From Squalus acanthias (taxonomy: Eukaryota): a stretch of DNA of 64,000 nucleotides. Shown piece by piece: positions 11,668-22,282 of this stretch. The position numbers and the translations under genes were made by a program. The stretch covers positions 2,356,001 to 2,420,000 of the forward strand of contig JASTWF010000034.1 of the NCBI GenBank assembly GCA_030390025.1, in the 5' to 3' direction. The notes beneath the pieces were generated by a model. It had not been told where the DNA came from and ran no database searches. It saw only the letters and a program-made list of their open reading frames with translations. Numbering within the stretch: the stretch's first letter is position 1; each line of letters starts with the position of its first letter.

Positions 11668-12735
11668 GACAAAGATGGCAGCTCTGGGGCTCCGCACAAA
11701 GATGGCGGCTCTGGGGCTCCGCACAAAGATGGCGGCACCGGCGCCCAGCACAAAGATGGCGGCTCCTGGAGCACCGCACAACAATGGCGGCTCTGGGGCT
11801 CCGCACAAAGATGGCGGCTCTGGGGCCCCCGACAAAAATGGCGGCTCCGCGGCCCCGCACAACAATGGCGGCCTCTCCGGGGCTCCACATAAAAATGGCG
11901 GCTGTGGTTACTGCACAAAAATGGCGGATCCGCGGCCCCGCACAAAGTTGGCGGCTCCGGGGCCCCGCACAAAGATGGCGCCTCTGGTGCTCAGCACAAA
12001 GATGGTGGCTCCGGGGCACAGCACAAAAATGGCGGCTCCGGGGCCCAGCACAAAGATGGCGCCTCTGGGGCTCAGCACAAAGATGGCGGCTCCGGGGCCC
12101 CGCATAAAGATGGCGGCTCTGGTTACTGAACAAAATTGGCGGCTCTGGGGCTCCGCACAAATATGGCGGCTCTGGGGCCCAGCACAAAGATGGGGGCTCC
12201 GGGGCCCAGCACAACGATGGTGGCTCTGGGGCTCAGCACAAAGATGGCGGCTCCGGGGCACATCACAAAAATGGCGGCTCCGGGGCCCCGCACAAAGATG
12301 GCGGCTCCAGGGCCCCGCACAACAATGGCGGCTCTGGGGCCCCGCACAAAAATGGCGGCTCCGGGGCCCGCACAAAGATGGCAGCACTCGCGCCCAGCAG
12401 AAAGATGGCGGCACTGAAGCCCCGCGAAATGATGGTGGCTTTCGCCCATCCCCGCGCCCATCAGAAAGATGGTGGCACTAGTGCACAGCACAAAAATGGC
12501 GGCTCCTTCGCCACACTGAAAGATGCCGACTCTGGAGCCCCGCACAAAGATGGCGGCTCTGGGGCCCGCACAAAGATGGAGGCTCTGTGGCCCCGCACAA
12601 AGATGGCGGCTCTGGGGACCCGCACAAACATGATGGCTCTGGGGCCATGCACAAAGATGGAGGCTCTGGGGCCCTGCACAAGGATGGCGGCTCTGGGGAC
12701 CCGCACAAAGATGGCGGCTCTGGGGCTCCGCACAA
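11668..12735. repeat. 27-bp GC/CpG-rich minisatellite (~39-40 units) with YY1-consensus motif
   Basis: Unit CAAAGATGGCGGCTCTGGGGCTCCGCA and variants; 9-aa periodicity in overlapping ORFs. Confidence 0.95.
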
Positions 12736-12919
12736 GAATTGTGGGTCTGGCGCCCCGCACTAGGATTGCGGCAGTCACTCGCGGTCTTTCCATGGTGGTG
12801 GGAGCAGTTGGAGTCCCGGTTACTGTGAGAGCGGGCGGCGAGGCGGAGCAGCCTGGCCCGGCCCACAGGACCCCGAGCAGCACAGCCCGGGGAGGAGATG
12901 GCCCGGCACCAGGACTTTA

Positions 12920-13281
12920 TTAAGAACATAAGAACATAAGAAATAGGAGCAGGAGTAGGCCAATCGGCCCCTCGAGCCTGCTCCGCCATTCAATAAGATC
13001 ATGGCTGATCTGATCCTAACCGCCAATCTACTATCTATCACAGAACCATCTCCTGCATCTAACAGAATTGCACACACGAAATAGGAGCAGAATCAGGCTA
13101 CACAGTCCCTGGGCCCGCTCCACTACCCACAGGGCCATGACCGATCCGAACCTAGACTCATGTCCAAATTCCTGCCCGCTCCCCGTAACCCTTAATGCCC
13201 TTTACTTCCAGGAAACTGTCTATTTCTGTTTTAAATTTAATTAATGTTGTAGCTTCTACAGCTTTTTGTGGCAGCATATTC
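12920..13281 (-). mobile_element. 5'-truncated CR1 LINE 3' end
   Basis: AAGAACAT tail repeats; near identity to 2262-2622. Confidence 0.9.
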
Positions 13282-13424
13282 GTCATTATAAATCTTTAAA
13301 ATCATTGCACCACTTTACAGATCTTTTATAACCCTTTATAAATCATTATGACTATTAATAAAACATTATGACGCTTTTTTAATCATTATGACACTTAATA
13401 AATCCTTTTTATCTCTAATTCTTG

Positions 13425-14430
13425 GGATGTGGGATTTCTGCCAGACCAGGTAAGGACAGCAGATTTCCTTCCCGAAAGGCCAGTAGTGAACCAGATGGAT
13501 TTTTACGACAATCCGGTACTTTCATGGTCATCATTATTGACAGAAGCATTTCATTCCAGATTTGTTTAATTAATTGAATTTAAATTCCCCCAGCTTTTAG
13601 GGATTTGAATTAATGGGCCAAAAATTGATCCCGCTGCGCGAGAGTACGCAGTGCGTACTCTCGCGTATTCTCTCTCCAATTGCCGGTTTTCTGCATGCAC
13701 TGCGCATGCGCTGAAAACCGGCACTTGGTCTTTGGAAAAGGGGGCAGTTCCTCGGTGCACCGCGTGCGCGCTACAGGCTGCGCGCACGCTGTGCACTTAG
13801 TGCTTTGGACGCGCAGGTAAGGACGGTCGATTTTAGAAACGAAAAAAGGAGTAAGACACACTTTTAACAAGGTAAGTAGTGAATTAAGTATTATTTTGAA
13901 TTTTTTTTAACAGGTATATCTTTTTTAGAGACTTTAAAGACAGGTAAGTTTATTTTTATAACTTTTTAAAAGATTTTAAATTTTTTCAAAAATTTAATTT
14001 TTTATTTAAAATGGCTAATTTATTTAACTATACTTATTTTATTAATGTGATGGTTTTTTTTAAAATTTAATTGAGGTTTAGCTGTTATTTTGGGGGTGTG
14101 TAAGATTCATAGCTTTCACAGCACGTCTGTGAAACTTTTGAATGGAAGATGGTGTGCTGCCATTGGCTCTAACTGAGTCACGTGATCCCACAGCTCGCAC
14201 GAATTCACTACGCCGGTGGGATACGCAAGCACTGCCCAGCTGATGTCTAGAACATCAAGTTCATGCGAGCTGGATCTGAAAAAGCCAACGCGGAGTGAGA
14301 GATCGCGCCTGCTCCTTACCCCCGCGGGAACAGAGCTAAATCAATTTCTGGGCCAATGTCTCTGGATCATTTGTCCAGTCATCTGGTTTAACTAGTCCAG
14401 CAACATAACCACTATGCTACAGTACCCTTC
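13425..14430 (-). mobile_element. tRNA-derived SINE split by MITE copy 2
   Basis: SINE-like body (AGATTTCCTTCCC...GTGAACCAGATGG) to the left and tRNA-like head remnants (GGATTTGAA, ACTAGTCCAG, ACCACTATGCTAC) flanking the MITE. Confidence 0.55.
13615..14354 (-). mobile_element. MITE copy 2 (more diverged)
   Basis: Reverse complement of 178-919; AAT TSD at 13612-13614 and 14355-14357. Confidence 0.92.
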
Positions 14431-14439
14431 AAATATATC

Positions 14440-14600
14440 GCCGGTCTTTCATCGTCACTGGGTCAAAAGCTTGAAAATCCTTCAGTAACAGTATTGTGGG
14501 AGCAACTTCACCACACGGACTGCAGCGGCTCAAGATGAAGGCCCACCATTTTCTCATGGGTAACTAGGGATGGGCAAGTGATACCGGCATTGACAGCGTC
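14440..14600 (+). mobile_element. Old LINE/SINE 3' tail fragment
   Basis: TTCATCGTCACTGGGTCAAAA...CACCACACGGACTGCAGCGG...TAGGGATGGGCAA, recognised from memory as a common shark retroposon tail. Confidence 0.45.
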
Positions 14601-16067
14601 ACCCCTAGACTGATAACTAATACATCGAAATAATAAAATAGGATTAAAATCAATGATTTTATAATTCATTGATTGAAACCAGATGAGGCCTGTGATCAGA
14701 GCGGGGCATCAAGTACGCTAAACAAATTGTCAACACCACTTGGATCTCCAATTCTATCGTTGTATGATTGATGCTACTCACACTTTCCCAATTTCCCAAT
14801 CATTACAAAAGGTGCTTGATAAAGTATCACATATTACCAAAATTGAAGCCCATGGGATTAAAGTGGCAGCGACAACAGTGAGTGGTGTGGGGTGTATCAG
14901 TATGTAAGAGAGAATTACATTGAGGAGTATATCAGAGTGTTACAATGAGTGGTGTGGGGTTTATCAGAGAGTTACAGTGAGGTGTGTGGGGTATATCAGA
15001 GTGTTAAAATGAGGGGTGTGAGGTTTATCAGAGAGTTACAGTGAGGTATGTGGGGTTTATCATAGTGTTACAGTGAGGGGTGTGGGGTGTATCAGAGTGT
15101 TACAGTGAGGGGGTTGGTGTATATCAGAGGGTTACAATGAGGGGTATGGGGTTTATCAGCGTGTTGCAGTGAGGTGTGTGGGGTGTATCAGAGTGTTAGA
15201 ATGAGGGGTGTGGGGTATATCAGTGTGTTACAGTGAGGGGTGTGCAGTATATTAGAGTTTAACAGTGTGGGGGTTGGGGTATATCAGATTAATACAGTGA
15301 GGGTTGTGGGGTTTATCAGCGTGTTGTAGTGAGGTAAATCAGAGAGTTACAGTGAGGTGTGTGGTGTATATCAAAGTGTTACAGTGAGGGGTGTGGGGTT
15401 TATCAGCATGTTGAAGTGAGGTGAGTGGGGTATATCATAGTGTTACCGTAAGCAGTGTGGGGTATATCAGTGTGTTACATTGGTGTTTTTTGTTTATATC
15501 AAAGTGTGACAGCGAGATGTGTGCGGTATATCAGAGCATTACAGTGAGGGGTGTGGGGTATATCAGAGCATTACAGTGAGGGGTGTGGGGTATATTGGTC
15601 TGTTACAGTGAGAGGTTTGTAATATGTAAGAGAGGATTAAAGTAAGGGGTATATCATAGTGGTACAGAGAGGTGTGTGAGGTTGATCAGTGTGTTACTGT
15701 AAGGGATGTGTGGGGTATAGCAGAGTGTTATAGTCAGGGGCGTGGGTTTATATCAGAGTGTTACAGTAAGGGGTGTTGGGTATATAGATATTTACAGTGA
15801 GGGGTGTGTGGGGTATATCAGAATGTTGAAATCAGGGGATTGGGTTTACATCAAAGATCTACCGTGAGGGGTGTGGGGTACATCAGAGTAATACAATGAG
15901 CGGTGTTGGGTATATCAGAGTGTTACAGTGAGAGGTGTAGTGTATAACAGATTGTTACAATCAGGAGTGTGGGTTTATATGAGTGTTTTACATTGAAGGG
16001 TGTCGGGTATATCAGAGTGTTACAGTGAGGGGTGTGGGGTAAAACGGTGTGTTACACTGAGAGGTTT

Positions 16068-16895
16068 AAAACATAAGAACGTAAGAAATAGGAGCAGGAG
16101 TAGGCCATTCGGCCCCTTGAGTCTGCTCCACCATTCAATGACATCATGGCTGATTTTCTGCCTCAATTCCATTCACCGGCCTTATCTCGATATCCCGTGA
16201 TGCCCTTACTAGTCAGAAATCTATCGACTTCTGTTTTGAATATATTCAATGACTGAGCCTCCACAGCCTTCTGGGGTAGAGAATTCCAAAGATTCACCAC
16301 CCTCTGTGTGAAGAAATGTCTTTAGTAGAGTTAGATATATTTCTTAAGGCAAAGGGGATCAAGGGATAGGAAGAGAAGGCAGGGACAGGGTACTGAATTT
16401 GGATGATCAGCCATGATCGCATTAAATGGCGGAGCAGGCTCGAGGGGCCGAATGGCCGAGTCATGCTCCTATCTTCTATGTTTCTATGTTTCTATGCATC
16501 TCATCTCAGTCCTGAATGGCCTACCCTTTATCATAAGTCTGTGGCCCCTGGTTCTAGACTCCCCAACCAAGGGAAACATTCTCCCAGCATCCAACCTATC
16601 AAGCACTGTTTATGCATCAATGAGATCCCCTCTCATTCTTCTGAATTCAAGAGAAGACAGCCCTAGTTTACTTAATCTCTTCTCATATGACAGTCCCGCC
16701 TTTTCAGGAATCAATCTCGTGAACCTTCGTTGCACTCCCTCTACGGCAAGTATATCCTTCCTTAGGTAAGAAAACCAAAATTGTACACAGTACTCCAGGT
16801 GTGGTTTCACCAAGGCCCTATATAAAAGGAGGAAGACTTCTTTACTCCTGTCCTCAAATCTTCTTGTAATGAAGACCAGCATACCATTTGCCTTC
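16068..16895 (-). mobile_element. CR1 3' fragment containing a second, oppositely oriented CR1 3' end (~16322-16497)
   Basis: Minus-strand LYRALVKPHLEYCVQFW; tail at 16068; internal + strand piece ending in (TTCTATGT)n, after which the host element resumes. Confidence 0.85.
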
Positions 16896-16974
16896 CATGG
16901 GGTATGTAAGAGAGTGTTACAATCAGGAGTGTGGGGTATATCAGAGTGTTGCAGTGAGAGGTGTATGGTTTATC

Positions 16975-18083
16975 TGTGAAAGAATAAGCCATATAACCTA
17001 TTCAGAAAAATACAACATTCTATCAAGGAATTCTGGCCTTATTAAAACATGACAAGCTGGGTCTGGAAATCTAGAAACCTAACTATGAAAAAGCTGGCTG
17101 TAGAGATAAGATAGTTGTTGACACTGAGTCAATAACCTTATTGAAACAGAAGGTTTAAGGCTCCGGTTGGCTGACATTTCGGAACAAGACAATGCTTCAC
17201 CCTGGTTAAGGTGTTCTAATTTACACTTCGGAAAGAAGCATAAACATCTGCCTTCGTAAAAGTGACATCAAGTAAAACGCACCTGCCGTTACACCGTTTT
17301 TTATGGAAAATTTAGAAAACCGAGAGAAGAGACATAATTCTGCATTGCTATCAGCTGTCGTGACTGTAAGAATTGTAGGGGTCAGCAGAAAAATGACCAG
17401 AGATAATTAGCTTACATCAGCAGAAAACCTTAAAGGAATTTCCATTGGAAAAGGGTATAAATATTGAACTCTCAAATGGGATAGCAGACTCGCTTTAAAA
17501 GGGCAAGGTGATTCTTGGCTTCAGAGGCGGCTCTGTATGTCTCCAACTCTTTGTACCTCGGTTATCAAAGGTATTTGATTTTGGTGGATCCGGCAGAAAA
17601 CTAAGAACTGTAAAACTGTAGCGAAGTTAGGATTTGAAAGTAAGGTTCGCTGATAATAGAATTGTAAGTTTTCTCTGTTTGGAACTGTTAATGTTGCAAT
17701 TGACTCACCAACTGTAAATTACATGTCGGTTCTTTAATAAATCTATATATTTTTAGAATTCTCTCACATAAGTCTTCTGTATCAAACTCGCGAACTCAAT
17801 CTCTGTACACTCTTTGGTGAGGAGTTGCAGAATTCTGGGGAGTTTTCCGGACCCTCATAATATCCGGAACGTTACAGTCTAGCTAATCTTATTAAAAGGT
17901 CTGGAGGACGGTAACATTTTCAGGTTGTTCCTTTCCTTTAGGGAGTGATAGTCCGGACCTTTAGGCCCAATTAAGCATCTTTAGGATTCGGCTACCTCAA
18001 AGTTTAGTTAAAAGTGAACGTCTGAGGAATATGCCTGATCCGGGGTAGCCCTAAAGGGGCTAGGACTAGTAATTATCCCTTCA
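16975..18083 (+). mobile_element. Solo LTR, 1109 bp (ERV or Gypsy-type)
   Basis: TG...CA termini; exact 4-bp TSD TATC (16971-16974, 18084-18087); TATAAA near 17456; AATAAA near 17736; satellite continues on both sides. Confidence 0.85.
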
Positions 18084-19289
18084 TATCAGCATGTTGCAGT
18101 GAGGTGTATGGGTTAAATCAGAAAGTTATAGTGAGACATGTGGCGTATATGTCAGTGTTACAGTGAGGGGTGTGGGGTTATTCAGATAGTTAAAATGAGT
18201 CGTGTGGGGTATATCAGTGTGTTACAGTGAAGGGTGTGGTTTATTACAGTATTACAGTGAGAGGCGCCGTATGAATCACAGTTTTATAGCGAGGGCTGTG
18301 GGGTATAACAGAGTATTACAGTGAGGGGTGAGAGGTACAGCAAATTGATACAGCGAGGGGTGTGCAGTATATCAGAGTGTTACATTGATGGTTGTTGGGT
18401 ATATCAAAATGTTACAGTGAGGGGTGTTGGTAATATCAGAGGGTTAAAGTGAGGTGAGTGAGGTATATCGGTCTGTTACAGTGAGATGTTTGAGATTAGT
18501 AAGAGAATTTAAGTGAATGATGCGGGGTATATCAGGGGGTTAAAAGGAGGTGAGTGGGGTATATCGGTCTGTTGCTGTGAGAGGTTTGTAATATGTAAGA
18601 GAGGATTAAATTATGGGGTATATCAGAGTGTTAATGATGTGTGTGAGTTATATCTGAGTGTTAAATTGAGGGGTGCGGCGTATATCAGAGTGTTAGCATA
18701 AGGGGTGTGGGGTATATCGGTGTGTTACATGAAGGCATGTGTGGGGTATATCAGAGTGTTTTAATCAGGAGAGTGGGTTTGCATCAGAGTGCTACAGTTA
18801 CGGGTGTGGGGTACATCAGAGTAATACAATGTCCGGTGTTCGGCATATCAGATTGTTACAGTGAGGGGTATGGAGTATATCACAAAGTGTTACAGTGAGG
18901 GGCGTGGGGTATAACGGTGTGTTACAGTAAGATATTTGGGGTATGTAAGAGAGTGTTACAGTCAGGAGTGTGGGCTATATCAGTGTTATAGTGAGGGGTG
19001 TGGTTTATATCAGAGTGTTACAATGAGGGGTTGTGGCGTTTATCAGATTATTATAGTGATTGATGTGGGGTATATCAGTGATACAGTGAGGGGTGTTCAG
19101 TATCTGAATGTTACAGTGAGGTTTGTGGGGTATATCAGAGTGTTAAAGTGAATGGTGTGGGGTATATCAGAGTGTTAAAGTGAATGGTGTGGGGTATATC
19201 AGAGTGGTAAAGTGAATGGTGTGGGGTATATCAGTGTGTTAAGGTATGGTGAGTGGTCCATTACTCTTTATCTAATCCATGGGTACCTG

Positions 19290-19428
19290 CCTGTTCCAAT
19301 GAAAGGTCAACGACCTGAAACGTTAACTATGTTTCTCTCTCCACAGATGCTGCCTGACCTGCTGAGTATTTCCAGCATTTTCTGTTTTTACTTCAGATTT
19401 CCAGCATCCACAGTATTTTTCTTTTGTG
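19290..19428 (+). mobile_element. Penelope-like terminal repeat fragment
   Basis: Same motif as 9250-9392. Confidence 0.65.
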
Positions 19429-19470
19429 CGCCTGCCTGGAATTGTTTGATGGGACAGTATTGAGGGCGCG

Positions 19471-20290
19471 TTAAGAACATAAGAAATAGGAGCAGGAGTC
19501 GGCCATTTGGCCCTTCGAGCCTGCTCCACCATTCAATATGATCATGGCTGTTCTTCAACTCATCTCCACTTTCCTGCACTATCCCCATATCTCTTGATTC
19601 CCTCAATATTCAAAAATCTATCGCTCTGTGTCTTGAATATACTCAATGATTGAGTCTCCACAGTTCTCTGGGCTATAGAATTCCAAGGATTCGCCACCCT
19701 CTGGATGAATACATTTCTCCACATCTCAGTCCTAAATGGCCGACCCCTTATTCTGAGACTGTGACCACTGGTTCTAGACTCCCAGGCCAAGGGAAACAGC
19801 CTACCTGCATCTAACCAGTCAGGCATAGTAAGCATGTTTTATGTTTCAATTAGATCACACATCATTCTTCTAAACTCTAGAGAATATAGGCTTCGTCTAC
19901 TCAATCTCTCCTCATAGTCAATCCCCCCATCCCAGGAACCAGTCTGGTGAACTTTCCTTGTACAAGTATACCCTTCCTTAGGTAAGGAGACCAACACTGT
20001 ACACAGTACTCCAGGTGTGTATCTCACCAGGGACCTATATAATTCCAATAAGACGTCTTTACTTTTGTACTCAAACCCTCTTGTAATGACGGCCAGCATA
20101 CCATTTGCTTTCCTCTTTGATTGCTGTACCTGCAGGTTAAAGTTCACTGATTCGTGTACAAGGACACCCAGGTCCCTCTGAATACCAACATTTCCCAATC
20201 TCTCACCATTTAAAAAATACTCTAGCAGGAAAAATAGAAAAGCAAAGTGGATAACTTCACATTTCTCAGCATTATATTCCATCCACATAT
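19471..20290 (-). mobile_element. Decayed CR1 3' fragment
   Basis: WMEYNAEKCEVIHF, QRDLGVLV, GHSLRIRGRPF and CR1 tail. Confidence 0.9.
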
Positions 20291-20496
20291 TACATCCACG
20301 TAAGTTATTAGAATAGTAATCACAATGCAACCAGACAATCAACAAAAGTAAAGTGATGTAGTTCTTTAATTCGCAGTATTAAAAAGGACTATACAAAATG
20401 GGTATCCGTATTTTCAACTTCAATAACTTCCATGAATAAACGTGGTCTTCTTGAACCAGGACACCGCCCATGTAACAGGTCAGAAATGCAGCATTT

Positions 20497-21455
20497 ATTC
20501 ACAAGTGCAGAAAAACGCATACACAATTTGTGTCACTGAAGTATAAACAAAAAGCAGGAAAAACTGTGATTGAACAGAAATAAACATCTGTCTTTCTTTC
20601 TGGACAGGAGAACCAGTCAGACTGACTGGGAAATGTTTACTCATATGTTGATGTAAATATTTATAATTTACCAATTTCGCTCAGTGTTTTTCTCTCAAAC
20701 ATTCTTCACAATATTATTCCCTGCTCTTATCAAGAAAAATGTTGAATCATTTTAGGTACTTCACAATTAAAAGCGGGGAACAAACTTCATTGTACTCACA
20801 ATTTTTAATCTCCCATATCAAACATTCAATCGAATTGTACGTTATCAGTTTAATCAAAGTATTTTATGTGTCTTTCTCAGTAAACAAATAAAATCGTTTC
20901 CTGCAATGTTTATACATCATTACATTTCTCTTGTTTCTGTTAACACTTCCCTAAATGTTTAAGAGGAAATCTATATTTACCTTATTCCTGTGACTTTTTA
21001 GGACTACAGAACGACAGGCAAAATAAAAGGTTTTGTGTTTTTCCATTTTTTCGTTCTCTTCCTATATGTCATAATGGTATATTTAAAAAAATCATTTAAA
21101 AGTAATATGTAACTCCTACAAATCCTCCCTTGCCCTCCCCCTCCTCAACACCATGGTTGCATGTTTGTGTAAAGCTACTCACTTCACTTGATCGCTCACA
21201 ATCAAAAATTGAGTAAATTCAATTTTAAAACATTTAAGCATTTCAGAACCTCTTTAAAAACGTTTGGACTACAAGACCTGGTTGAAACTTGTTTAGATGA
21301 GGAGGAAATTGACTTTTCCTTCTGTTTCTTCCAAAATCATATTCAAAACTTAGGGGGGAAATGTTTTTAAAACAAATTTATTGTGAAAAGTTCATTAAAA
21401 ATCTCTAAATTCTTTCAAGTCTCATTGCAGCTTTGACAGAAGAAGTTGCTCCAAG
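20497..21455 (-). repeat. Diverged inverted duplicate of 52464-53400 (possible LRR pseudogene remnant)
   Basis: Collinear reverse-complement matches, e.g. CTTGGAGCAACTTCTTCTGTCAAAGCT and GTGAAGTGAGTAGCTTTACACAAACATGCAACCATGGTGTTGAGGAGGGGGAGGGCA. Confidence 0.85.
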
Positions 21456-22117
21456 TTTCTATTTCCCCCTTCAATGCTGTCGTTAAACAAACAACAACAA
21501 AAATAAAATAAAGTCTAATTCCAATCGGAGCTCAAATCAGAAAGTGAGTAACATGGTTAAACTTGCTAAGACGGCGGCGAGGTTATCTCTCCCCAGCCCT
21601 GGCGATGAGTTGGGATCAGTGCTGTACTTGCCCTGGGAGCATTTGATTGGGACAGTGCAGAGAGCTTTAATCTTTATATAACCCGTGCTGTTATTGCCCT
21701 GGGAATGTTTGATGGGACAGTGCAGAGAGCTTTCATCTTTATATAACCCGTGCTGTTATTGCCCTGGGAATGTTAGATGGGACAGTGCAGAGAGCTTTAA
21801 TCTTTATATAACCCGTAATGTTATCGCCCGGGGAATGTTTGATGGGACAGTGCAGAGAGCTTTAATCTTTATATAACCCGGGCTGTTATTGCCCTGGGAA
21901 TGTTTGATGGGACAGTGCAAAGAGCTTTAATCTTTATATAACCCGTGCTGTTATTGCCCGGGCAATGTTTGATGGCACAGTCCAGACGGAGCTTTACTTT
22001 TTATCCCGGATGTTTGGGTATTGGGCCAACCGCCCGCTCCAGCTCACTGTGCGGCCTGTGAATTTAAGTGCGGGGAATCTTACAGATCGCCACGCGGCCA
22101 AGAACCATACAGGAAAC

Positions 22118-22282
22118 ATTGCTCAGCAGGTCAGGCAGCATCTGTGGAGAGAGAAACAGAGTCAATGTTTCAGGTCGATGACCTTTCATCAGAACTGTTA
22201 AATGTTACAGATCTAACAGATTTTAAGCATGTATAGAGGAAGGGAAAGGGGGGATGGGAGGAAAGAACAAAAGGGAAGGTCT
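22118..22282 (-). mobile_element. Penelope-like terminal fragment in the duplicated spacer (copies at ~31310-31474 and ~38250-39157)
   Basis: CTCAGCAGGTCAGGCAGCATCTGTGGAGAGAGAAACAGAGTCAATGTTTCAGGTCGATGACCTTTCATCAGAAC. Confidence 0.7.

Larger units (their letters stand above)
14875..19250. repeat. Degenerate ~32-bp G-rich minisatellite, interrupted by CR1 fragments and a solo LTR
   Basis: Consensus GAGGGGTGTGGGGTATATCAGAGTGTTACAGT at 14875-16065, 16900-16974 and 18084-19250. Confidence 0.9.

Noticed and set aside
11444..12989. Long overlapping ORFs (up to 288 aa) on both strands
   Set aside because: Artefact of a stop-poor 27-bp unit divisible by three; no domain evidence.
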